The translations under genes were made by a program, and so were the position numbers. Positions 21,149 to 30,005 of a DNA stretch of 64,000 nt are shown one piece after another (the first letter of the stretch is position 1; each line of letters begins with the position of its first letter). Source of the DNA: Candidatus Marinacidobacterales bacterium. Lineage in GTDB: Bacteria; Acidobacteriota; Vicinamibacteria; Marinacidobacterales; SMYC01. The stretch spans positions 1,824,001 through 1,888,000 of the forward strand of contig OZ250169.1 in the NCBI GenBank assembly GCA_965237955.1, in the 5' to 3' direction. The notes beneath the pieces were generated by a model. It did no database searches. It saw nothing but the letters and a program-made list of their open reading frames with translations, and was not told where the DNA came from.

Positions 21149-22201
21149 ATGACTCCCAGCATGAAACGTGGTCTTGCGTTTTTCTTGTCGTCGATGCTCC
21201 TCGTGACGCTCATCATCGGCTGTGGCGCCGATGGCGGCAGCTCGCCCACCACACCAACGACACCCCAACCACCTACTACGGATTCCTCGCTGACCGCTCC
21301 CACGATCCGCTCGCCCGAGCAGGGTGAGCAGCTCGAAGAGCTCAAACCCGAGCTCGAGATCGGAAACGCCACCGGCGGTTCCGGAGCGCGGACTTACACT
21401 TTCGAGGTCGCCCGCGATGGGGCGTTCCAACAGATTGTCGCGATGGAGACCGGCGTCCGCGAAGGCCGCGGCGGCATTACCGCCTGGCAAGTCAGTGAAA
21501 CGCTCGAGGCGGACTCGAAGTATTTTTGGCGCGCGCGCGCGCGCACGAGCGCCGGTAGCGGACCGAGCTCCGCGAGCTCGGAGTTTCGCATCAAGTCAGG
21601 CTTTACCCGAGACCGCCCCTCCGGCGGTCTCGTGGTTTTCGATCCGCTGACCGGCGGCTCCATCGGTCAGGTGATGGGCGGGCGGTTCGTCGCCGGAGGC
21701 TGGCAAGCGCAATCCAAGGCCGATTGTATTCGCTACCAGATACCGGTACTCCCCGAGGGGAGGATCGAGCTCGAAACGACGAACCTGGGCACGCCCAACC
21801 CGTTCCCCGGAAAACGCATGCTCATCAGCATGTGGGACCCCTCGAAGGGCGAGTACACGACGAACCCGTTCCGGATGCACCTGCAGAAGCTCGACCGCTC
21901 CACGGTACGAGTGAACGACGTGCGCCTTCGCTGGATCTCCCGCGGCCAAGAAACGAACGTCGGGATCACGTTTTTCGACTTCGAGCCCAGCATCGTCTAC
22001 TCGTGGCGTATCGAATGGGGCACGTTTCCCGGTATCCCTTCGCAGCATGTGAAGGTGTTTCTCGAGGGTCTCGAGATCCTCAACCGCAACTACGATAGGC
22101 CCTACCGCCCGAACCCCCACTGGGTCGAGCTCGGCAACTGCGATCGTGAAGAGACGCTCGAGCAAGCTATCTGGTCCAATTTGAGAATCGGGACGCGTTA
22201 A
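21149..22201 (+). CDS. Secreted lipoprotein, Ig/FN3-like plus beta-sandwich domain
   Basis: Lipobox IIGC, Thr/Pro linker, 'YTFEVARDGAF...YFWRARA' Ig-like signature. Confidence 0.7.
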   Translation: MTPSMKRGLAFFLSSMLLVTLIIGCGADGGSSPTTPTTPQPPTTDSSLTAPTIRSPEQGEQLEELKPELEIGNATGGSGARTYTFEVARDGAFQQIVAMETGVREGRGGITAWQVSETLEADSKYFWRARARTSAGSGPSSASSEFRIKSGFTRDRPSGGLVVFDPLTGGSIGQVMGGRFVAGGWQAQSKADCIRYQIPVLPEGRIELETTNLGTPNPFPGKRMLISMWDPSKGEYTTNPFRMHLQKLDRSTVRVNDVRLRWISRGQETNVGITFFDFEPSIVYSWRIEWGTFPGIPSQHVKVFLEGLEILNRNYDRPYRPNPHWVELGNCDREETLEQAIWSNLRIGTR

Positions 22202-22294
22202 TAAGCTCCCGATCCTTATTCCCCTTTCATAGAAGGGGAAAGGGTGGCTCAATCCGAGTGCAGCGCCGGGTGAGCGGCTACTCCTGGGATTCGT

Positions 22295-23680
22295 CTACTC
22301 GTCCGTCTCGTCCGCGTCTTCCTTCACTTGAATCAGATCACCCCGCACCAGATGAATCTTGTCGAAGCTCTCCGCTGAGATGACGTAGTACCAGGGGGCG
22401 AAGCGCTCGGAGAGCTCTTCCGACGTCTCCTGACCCTCTGCGATCTCGTCCTCCCAGCTCTTGTGGTCGTCCGCGAGTTTCTTGTTCTCTTTGTCGTCGT
22501 CCGACCATTCGCTTTGTTCTTTGTCCTCGAAGTCGCGGTTCGCCGGTCGCGGAGGCTCCGGGAGTGCCGAGCCGTCGAAATCGGCGGTGATGAAGAGATA
22601 GCGGTTCTCTCCCGGTCCAGCTTCCTCTTCGCCGGTCGAGTCGTCGCCGGCGCTGATGGCTTCACCGCTTCCGTACAAAATCTCTCCGAAGCGAAGCGTG
22701 TAGAAGACTCCTTCGTCGGTTCGCACCTGTAGCTCGCCTTCGTTCGACAGGAGGTCGCCGGTACGGGTCAGATAGAAGCCACGACTCTGCAACGACAAAA
22801 CGTCCGCGCGAGAGATCGTCAGTCCCGACAACCGTTCGTCGATGCCTTCGGGCTTGGGCCGAACGCCGACGATGGAGAGATTATCCACCGCGCGCAACAA
22901 GTCGTTCATTTTCGTCGAGTCGACTTCCTGGTTGGCGCGCATGCCGTTCGCGGTCCAGGTGCCGTCGTTCTTGTCGAGGGTGACGGTATCGCGTTCATCG
23001 ACCATGAGCGTGCGCTCGTTGATCGAGTAGTCTTTCAGGATCACGTGGCCGATGTTCGTTTGCTGAACTTCGAGAAGATCGCTCTCGATCCAGTCTTCGA
23101 ACTTCGTCGAAATGTCGACGTCGATCTTGGCTGCGTAGACACGCTTTTGTCCTGGTACCCGAACGAAGTGGAAGTTCTCGCGACCTTCGATCTCGTTCCC
23201 GACGATGATGTCGGCGAGGATCTTGTCGTTTTCGCCCTTGATGGTGACACGCTTGCCCCGGCCGCGGAGGCTCGTCGCCGTTTCGTCGAGCGGGTCGAGG
23301 ACACCGAGTGTTTCGTGGTCGGCGACGTTGTCCGAGCGAAAGTCGTCTTTGGTGACGGTGATGATGCCGGCGGCCGTCTCGGCGAGTCGATCTTCGCCAT
23401 CGGCGACGTAGTTGTGGTGCGACGGGATTGTCCACAGCCCGTTCTGATTGGTGACCTTGAACGGTCGCGCTGCCGCGGTATCCTCGTCGAACTCGATCAC
23501 CTCGAGCGTGGTCGCGACGTTGGGATCTTCGAAGTCCGGAAAAAACGGCTCACCTTGGTCGAGGAAAGCGCTCGGCGTCACGTTGCGGGGTGCGGTGACG
23601 ATGGCGACGATCATAAGGAGCAGCGCGGCGCCCGCCAGTGTTTTGGTGAGCTTCAGCTCGCTCTCTCGTTCTTCTACCAT
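22295..23680 (-). CDS. DUF4340-like membrane-anchored protein of Gld-type ABC system
   Basis: Single N-terminal TM, repeated 'W...' beta units; last gene of the GldA/GldFG-like operon. Confidence 0.75.
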   Translation of the reverse strand: MVEERESELKLTKTLAGAALLLMIVAIVTAPRNVTPSAFLDQGEPFFPDFEDPNVATTLEVIEFDEDTAAARPFKVTNQNGLWTIPSHHNYVADGEDRLAETAAGIITVTKDDFRSDNVADHETLGVLDPLDETATSLRGRGKRVTIKGENDKILADIIVGNEIEGRENFHFVRVPGQKRVYAAKIDVDISTKFEDWIESDLLEVQQTNIGHVILKDYSINERTLMVDERDTVTLDKNDGTWTANGMRANQEVDSTKMNDLLRAVDNLSIVGVRPKPEGIDERLSGLTISRADVLSLQSRGFYLTRTGDLLSNEGELQVRTDEGVFYTLRFGEILYGSGEAISAGDDSTGEEEAGPGENRYLFITADFDGSALPEPPRPANRDFEDKEQSEWSDDDKENKKLADDHKSWEDEIAEGQETSEELSERFAPWYYVISAESFDKIHLVRGDLIQVKEDADETDE

Positions 23681-26389
23681 TTACGCTCCCTCCCTCAGAC
23701 GATGGGCCGCTAGGGCGCCTTCTCGCTCGCGTTCTCTGCGACGGATGAAGATGTAAACGCCGAGCAAAAATACCGGAATCGGCGGCAGCAGTACCGCCAA
23801 CGTGCGGATGCCGCTCTGAATGCGCCGAATCTGGGACTCCATTCTTTGCTCGCTCGCTCGAATCTCGGCGTCCTTCTCGGCGTCGATGTTGGTCTTGAGC
23901 ACGTCGAGCTTTCGGTTTTCGACCTCTTCGAGGTTGCGCGCCATGATTTGCTTTGTCTGGGCGTCCACGTCGTCGCGGACCCGCACTTCGGCGACTTTCT
24001 CGTCCAGCCGGCGTTGTGCCGCGGCGAGCGCCTGCTCGGCGCGCATCTCGGCTTGCGACTCTTCCTGCGTGCGCTGCTCGATGAAATCGCGGGTCTGATT
24101 CTCCACGCGCTCCAGTGTTCGGTGCCGAACCCGCCGGTTCCGGAGAGCCACAAAGGACTCGTCGCCGACGAGCGTGTCCATGGCGTTGAGGAAGAACGTG
24201 ACGTTGTCGAAGTTCAAGTTGCCGGGGCCAATCCGCCGGATCTCGAAGAACTGCTCCGAGATGAAGTCGAGGTCGGCGATGGCGATGACGTGAAGTGGCG
24301 GCCGGGCGGCGACAGCGTTCTCATCGTCGTCCTTGTCGGGCTCGTCGGGCTCGCCCGCGTCCTCTGTGCTGCGCACTTCGGCTGCGAGCGTGTACGTCAT
24401 CGGGTCCGGTTGGTGCGGCAAGTTGCGATTCAACTGAGAGCCCAGGAAATTCCGTTGGACCATCTGGAAATAAGGAAAGCGTCCCGAGATCGCGCCCGAC
24501 TGCAACAAAGCACGATAGGTCAGACCCTCGGCGGAAGCCGAATCGATGTGACCTGGATAGAGCAGCACCAGCTGTTGGAGCTTGGCGCTGGCCGCGTGGG
24601 CTTCGTTGAAGACTTCCGGGTTCTGATTACCGTGACCGAGGAACACGACTTCGGGTGGCAAGTGCGCCAAGTCCGGATGGGGGTTGTAGGTGTCCCACGT
24701 GATCATGGCCGGATCCCACCGGAAACCCAGGCCGGTGAGAAAGCCGCGGATATCGCCTTTCGGCTGTGCGGGTGGCTGTTGCTGCCGCATGAACGGGTTC
24801 TGGCTCGCTCCGGGCTGCTCCGATGGAGCGAGACTCAAGTTCACGATGGGAAGCGGATCCACGAGCAGAAGCGCCGGCGTGCCTAGTCGTATAAAGTCGG
24901 CCACGTTGTCCATTTGCTCTTGGGTGAGCGACGAGGGTAGGGCCACGAGGAGGCCGTCGACGTCTTCGGTGACGGGATTATCCGGCGTGATCTGAACGAC
25001 CTCGTACTGCTTGCGAAGCTCTTCGACCACCGACCACGACGGCGTCGACTGCATCGTCTGAAAGTCCAGCCCGCCGAACAGGCGCAGCGCGGTGTTGATG
25101 ACCCCTATTGTCTTCCGTTCGGTGTTGGCAACGACGCGAATGCTGCGCGCGATCTCGTACTCGGCCGGCAGCCCGCGATCGAAGAACGGGATGACCTGCT
25201 CCTCACCGCCGCAGGTAAAAGCGAGACCCAGGAAGACTTCGCTGAAGCCGGCGCGCGCTCTCTGGTGGTTCGGGATCTGCCGCGGCCCAATACCGAACTT
25301 CTCTCTTGCTTCCCGGGCCTCCTCGCTGAACGGCTCGGTATCGTAGATTGCGATCTGAACGCGTCCGCCGCTCGCCGATGCCACGTCCTTGAGGAGGCCA
25401 ACGACGTTCGCCCGCGTCTGCACGTACTGCTCGGGAACCGTCGGGCTGATGTAGGCCTGCACGAACACCGGCCGATCCCTGTCGATCTGGCCAACCAACG
25501 CCTTGGTCTCGCGGTTCAACGAGTGGAGCCGCTCGGCGGTTCCATCGACACGGAGGCCGAGTCGGCTCACGATCGAAACGCCAGCGACGAGGATGACGAC
25601 GACGGACACGGCGCGCACGAGATGATGTGTCGACATGCGAACCCCGTCTGCCTCACGCGGCCAGTGACGCTGGCTGACGAGGAGCACGTTCAGGTACAGG
25701 AACACGCCGGTGACCGAAACGAAGTAGAGAGCTCCGGTGAAGCTTACGACACCGCGCGCGAAGTCCTCGAAGTGATGGAAGATGCCGAGAGGCGCCACGA
25801 TCCGCGCGAGATCGACGCTCAACGTCCCCGCCATCGCTTCGATGAAAACGCCCATGCTGCAAAAAACAGCGCCGAGAATGAAAGCGATGGTCACGTTCGA
25901 AGAGAGCTGCGACGCCAGCATACCGACCGCGATGAGCGTCGCGCCTATTAGCCAGTAGCCCAGGTAGTTCACCAACATCAGGCCCAAGTCGGGGCTGCCG
26001 AGGAAAAGAAGCACGACGACGTGGCTGAGCGAGAGCACGAGCGACACGGTATAGATGCCGAGCGCCGCGCCGTATTTCCCGAGCACGACTTCTAGATCCG
26101 TCGCCGGCAGCGTGAACAGCAGCTCGTCCGTACCCTGCTTCTTCTCTTCCGCCCATATCGACATGGTGAGCGCGGGCACGAAGAACACGAGGAGGTACGG
26201 AAAGACCGCGTTCAGCTGGTCGAGGTTGGCGAGGTTGTTCAGGAAGAAGCGATCCTGCCAGAAAGCAGCCGCCGCGCTCAAGAAAATGAAAAGGGTAATA
26301 AAGACATAACCAGTGGGATTGCTGAAGTACATGCGCAGATCCCGCTTGGCGATGGCGCGGACGATGTTCCAATTCACGTCTTTGATCAT
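23681..26389 (-). CDS. Fused GldF/GldG-like ABC-2 permease + periplasmic domain
   Basis: AIAKRDLRMYFSNPTGY, PALTMSIWAEEKKQGTDELLFTLP, HFEDFARGV, 'EYEIARSI', IADLDF, C-terminal TM. Confidence 0.85.
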   Translation of the reverse strand: MIKDVNWNIVRAIAKRDLRMYFSNPTGYVFITLFIFLSAAAAFWQDRFFLNNLANLDQLNAVFPYLLVFFVPALTMSIWAEEKKQGTDELLFTLPATDLEVVLGKYGAALGIYTVSLVLSLSHVVVLLFLGSPDLGLMLVNYLGYWLIGATLIAVGMLASQLSSNVTIAFILGAVFCSMGVFIEAMAGTLSVDLARIVAPLGIFHHFEDFARGVVSFTGALYFVSVTGVFLYLNVLLVSQRHWPREADGVRMSTHHLVRAVSVVVILVAGVSIVSRLGLRVDGTAERLHSLNRETKALVGQIDRDRPVFVQAYISPTVPEQYVQTRANVVGLLKDVASASGGRVQIAIYDTEPFSEEAREAREKFGIGPRQIPNHQRARAGFSEVFLGLAFTCGGEEQVIPFFDRGLPAEYEIARSIRVVANTERKTIGVINTALRLFGGLDFQTMQSTPSWSVVEELRKQYEVVQITPDNPVTEDVDGLLVALPSSLTQEQMDNVADFIRLGTPALLLVDPLPIVNLSLAPSEQPGASQNPFMRQQQPPAQPKGDIRGFLTGLGFRWDPAMITWDTYNPHPDLAHLPPEVVFLGHGNQNPEVFNEAHAASAKLQQLVLLYPGHIDSASAEGLTYRALLQSGAISGRFPYFQMVQRNFLGSQLNRNLPHQPDPMTYTLAAEVRSTEDAGEPDEPDKDDDENAVAARPPLHVIAIADLDFISEQFFEIRRIGPGNLNFDNVTFFLNAMDTLVGDESFVALRNRRVRHRTLERVENQTRDFIEQRTQEESQAEMRAEQALAAAQRRLDEKVAEVRVRDDVDAQTKQIMARNLEEVENRKLDVLKTNIDAEKDAEIRASEQRMESQIRRIQSGIRTLAVLLPPIPVFLLGVYIFIRRREREREGALAAHRLREGA

Positions 26390-27141
26390 GATGCCGGTGC
26401 CTCTGCCGTGTTCTCGTTCTGGGTCAGACGATAGAACGGTTCCTCGAGCGAGCCGCCTTCTTTGAGCTCGTCGGCGGTGCCTTCGAACACCAGCCGGCCG
26501 TTGTGAACGAACAGCACGTGGTCGGCGATCGCCGCGACCTCTTGAAGAATGTGCGTCGAGATGAGGATGGTCTTGTCACGCCCGAGCTTCTTGATGTTGT
26601 TGCGAAAATGACGAATCTGGTTGGGGTCGAGCCCCGCGGTGGGCTCGTCCATGATGAGGACGTCCGGGTCGTGAAGAAGCGCTTGCGCGAGCCCGACGCG
26701 CTGGCGCAAGCCGCGCGACAGCTTGCTGATGGGCTTTTCCAGAACCTCGTGGAGCGCACACAGGTCGCGAACGTCGGCGATCCGCCTTTTGAGCGTCGTC
26801 GGGTCGATCTCGCGCGCCTCGCCGAAGAACTCGAGGAGCTCGAGCGGCGTCATATCGAGATAGAGCGGTCCGTTCTCGGGCAGATAGCCGAGTCTCTTCG
26901 ACGCCGCGATCCGTTCTTTGTGGACATCGAGTCCCGCGATCCGAGCGGAGCCTGCGCTCGGCGCGAGATAGCCGGTGAGCATTTTCATCGTCGTCGTCTT
27001 GCCGGCGCCGTTCGGCCCTAAAAAGGCCACGATCTGCCCCTCGGGTATCGAGAAGCTGATGTTGTCCGTCGCGACGAAAGGCCCGTAGTACTTGGTCAGG
27101 CCACAGGCTTCGATCATCGTTTTCGAAGATGCTTCCTCCAT
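26386..27141 (-). CDS. ABC transporter ATP-binding protein (GldA-like)
   Basis: GPNGAGKTT, LSRGLRQR, LIMDEPTAGLDP, STH; AGGAGG before ATG 27141. Confidence 0.92.
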   Translation of the reverse strand: MEEASSKTMIEACGLTKYYGPFVATDNISFSIPEGQIVAFLGPNGAGKTTTMKMLTGYLAPSAGSARIAGLDVHKERIAASKRLGYLPENGPLYLDMTPLELLEFFGEAREIDPTTLKRRIADVRDLCALHEVLEKPISKLSRGLRQRVGLAQALLHDPDVLIMDEPTAGLDPNQIRHFRNNIKKLGRDKTILISTHILQEVAAIADHVLFVHNGRLVFEGTADELKEGGSLEEPFYRLTQNENTAEAPAS

Positions 27142-27341
27142 CGAACGAATACCTCCTGAGCGATCGTTGTCGTTAACGGTCGGCAGGCGGGAGCGCGCGC
27201 GACCGAACCAGATTCTACTCAAAGCGTTTCGCGGAGACAAGTCGATTGCACGCTGTAAGCGATACAAATAAAAGATTTAAACCCAGGTAGTGAAATAACC
27301 CTTTGAAAAAGCTTAGTATTCGAGCCTAAGCCGTCGACCAC

Positions 27342-30005
27342 ATGTCCCAGCGCAAACGCTTTCTCGTGCCCGAGGTCGTCCAATCGTCGGGGATGGACTG
27401 TGGTCCAGCCGCGCTCAAAGCGTTCGTCGAGGGCCACGGAGTGTCGGTGAGCTATGGCCGACTGCGCGAAGCCTGCCAGACCGACGTCGACGGGACTGCG
27501 ATCGAGACCCTCGAAGAGATCGCGAACGAGCTCGGCGTTCTCGTGGAGCAAGTCATGCTCCCGAAAGATCTCGTGCTGCTCGAAGAGGCTGAAGCGCTGC
27601 CGTGCATTGCAGTCATGCGGCTTCCGAACGGCAACACCCACTTCGCGGTGATTTGGAGCGTGGTCGCAGGCATCGTCCAGGTGATGGATCCAGCGACGGG
27701 ACGCCGGTGGATGACGCGTGGCCAGCTCGTGCACGAGCTCTACGAGCACAACCTGCCGGTGCCGGCCGGAGACTGGCGTGAGTGGGCGAGCTCTGAGCAG
27801 GGACTGGGCCTCCTCACAAGACGTCTTTCCGCATTGAATGTTTCGAAGGGCACGGTCGACGAGCTCATCAGGAAGGCGCTGTCGGATCCCAGCTGGCGAT
27901 CGCTCGCGGCGCTCGACGCGGCCGTGCGCGCGGTGCGATCCATGCTCGATGCCGGCGCGTGCCGCAGTGGTGACGAAGCGGCGTCCCTCGTCGCTACGTT
28001 ATTCAAAGATGCCGACTCCATCCCCAGGAGCTACTGGTCTACGAAAGCGTTGCCGGATGCGCCTGGGCCAGATACTGATAACGACGTCGTGGACGAGATC
28101 ATGATCAGGGGCGCGGTACTCCTGCGACTCGACCGATCGCCCGCGAGCGAGAGAGTTTCCTCGCCGTCGCTTTCGCGGGCAATCGAGGCGGCGCGTGACG
28201 AAGAGCCGGCCCGGCCGGGGTGGGAGCTTTGGTCGCGGATCCGTGAAGACGGGCTCCTCACGCCGGCGGTCCTTGTCGCGGCGTTTGCCGGCGCCGCCGC
28301 AGCGGTTGTCATCGAGGCTCTTTTGTTCCGGTCTCTTCTCGAGCTCGCGCCGCTCTTCGGGCTTTCCGAGTATCGCGTCGGCATCGTCGGCGCCCTTCTC
28401 GCGTTCATGTTGGTAGCACTCGTGATCGACTACGCCGCGATCACCGGCGAGCTTCGTATCGGCCGGCGCTTGGAGGCGCGACTTCGGGTCGCGTTTCAAG
28501 AGAAAATCCCGCGGCTCGGAGATCGCTACTTCGGCAGCCGGCTCATCTCCGACATGGCGGAGCGCAACCACAGCATCCACTTGTTGAGGACGCTGCCCAA
28601 GCTCGCGGGCCAGCTCCTGCGGACGAGTTTCGAGATGGTTCTCACCACGGCGGCGATTATCTGGCTGGAGCCCGGGACGAGTGTGGTGGTGCTGCTCGTC
28701 GTGGCCGCGTCGCTTGTGATCCCGCTCGCGGGCCAGCCCGTGTTTCAAGAGCGCGATCTTCGGGTGCGAAGCCACGTCGGAGCGCTGAGCCGGTTCTATC
28801 TCGATGCGCTCTTAGGACTGATTCCGCTACGCGTCCACGGCGCGCAGAAACCGATTCGGACCGAGCACGAGAGTCTCCTCGTCGAGTGGGCGCGCGCGCG
28901 GCTCGGATTGCAACGGATGGCCACAGGCCTCGAAGCCGCGCAGTTTTGCGTCGGCTACGGTTTGATTGTGCTGTTGCTGCTCTCGTACTTGAATCAAGGC
29001 GGTGAGCCGGCGGCGGTGTTGCTCCTCGCTTACTGGGCGTTGAATCTTCCCGTGCTCGGTCTTCAGCTCGTTCGGCTCGCGTGGCGCTACCCGGAGCAGC
29101 GGAATACGGCTCTGCGTGTGACTGAGCCGCTCCGCGCGAGCGAGGAGTCTGAGCAAGCGCCCGTCGCTGACCGCACCCCCTTGGGCACGGGTCCTATTGC
29201 TATTCGATTGGAGAACGCCACGGTACGCAGGGCGGGTCACGTCATTCTCGACAACCTCGACGTCGACATCGACGCTGGCAGCCACGTCGCGATCGTCGGC
29301 CGATCGGGCTCGGGCAAGACGAGTCTGTTCGGTCTTCTGCTCGGCTGGCACTTTCCCGACGAAGGCCGAGTCCTCGTCGACGGTTCCATTCTGGGCGGCG
29401 AGCGTTTAGACGAGATGCGGGCGCGTACCGCCTGGGTCGACCCCGCAGTGCAGATCTGGAATCGCAGTCTCATCGAGAACCTTCGCTATGGGAACGACAA
29501 CCGCGCGGAGTTTCCGCTGGCAACGATCGTCGAGCAAGCCGAGCTCTTGCCGGTGCTCGAGATGTTGCCCCAAGGACATCAGACGCTGCTTGGTGAGGGA
29601 GGCGGCCTCGTTTCCGGCGGTGAAGGCCAACGAGTTCGGCTGGGACGAGCCCTGTTGCGGCCGGATGTTTCCCTCGTGCTCCTCGACGAGCCGTTTCGCG
29701 GTCTCGGGCGTGAGCTGCGCGCGGTGCTTCTGCGACGAGCGCGCGCGCATTGGCGGGAGGCCACGCTTTTGTGCATCACCCACGATATGAGCGAGACCGA
29801 GGGATTCGATCGCGTGCTCGTCCTCGACGGGGGCCGTATCGTCGAAGACGGACCACCGGGCGAGCTCTTGTCTCGGAAGAGCTCGCGATACCGCGCGCTC
29901 GTCGATTCCGAACGTGAGCTCAGGTCGCTTTGGTCCGACGGTTCGTGGCGCAAGTGGGAAATCCGCGACGGTGCGATTCACGAGCGTGAGCATGAGGCCC
30001 TTTGA
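27342..30005 (+). CDS. Peptidase C39-containing ABC transporter (PCAT), subunit 1
   Basis: VVQSSGMDCGPAAL (catalytic Cys), THFAVIW (His), VMDPATG (Asp); TM domain; GRSGSGKT, VSGGE, LLDEP, ITHD. Confidence 0.9.
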   Translation: MSQRKRFLVPEVVQSSGMDCGPAALKAFVEGHGVSVSYGRLREACQTDVDGTAIETLEEIANELGVLVEQVMLPKDLVLLEEAEALPCIAVMRLPNGNTHFAVIWSVVAGIVQVMDPATGRRWMTRGQLVHELYEHNLPVPAGDWREWASSEQGLGLLTRRLSALNVSKGTVDELIRKALSDPSWRSLAALDAAVRAVRSMLDAGACRSGDEAASLVATLFKDADSIPRSYWSTKALPDAPGPDTDNDVVDEIMIRGAVLLRLDRSPASERVSSPSLSRAIEAARDEEPARPGWELWSRIREDGLLTPAVLVAAFAGAAAAVVIEALLFRSLLELAPLFGLSEYRVGIVGALLAFMLVALVIDYAAITGELRIGRRLEARLRVAFQEKIPRLGDRYFGSRLISDMAERNHSIHLLRTLPKLAGQLLRTSFEMVLTTAAIIWLEPGTSVVVLLVVAASLVIPLAGQPVFQERDLRVRSHVGALSRFYLDALLGLIPLRVHGAQKPIRTEHESLLVEWARARLGLQRMATGLEAAQFCVGYGLIVLLLLSYLNQGGEPAAVLLLAYWALNLPVLGLQLVRLAWRYPEQRNTALRVTEPLRASEESEQAPVADRTPLGTGPIAIRLENATVRRAGHVILDNLDVDIDAGSHVAIVGRSGSGKTSLFGLLLGWHFPDEGRVLVDGSILGGERLDEMRARTAWVDPAVQIWNRSLIENLRYGNDNRAEFPLATIVEQAELLPVLEMLPQGHQTLLGEGGGLVSGGEGQRVRLGRALLRPDVSLVLLDEPFRGLGRELRAVLLRRARAHWREATLLCITHDMSETEGFDRVLVLDGGRIVEDGPPGELLSRKSSRYRALVDSERELRSLWSDGSWRKWEIRDGAIHEREHEAL

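Noticed and set aside
22295-27141. Gld-like ABC operon as immunity or export partner of the PCAT
   Set aside because: Widespread three-gene module; divergent adjacency alone is not evidence of a link.
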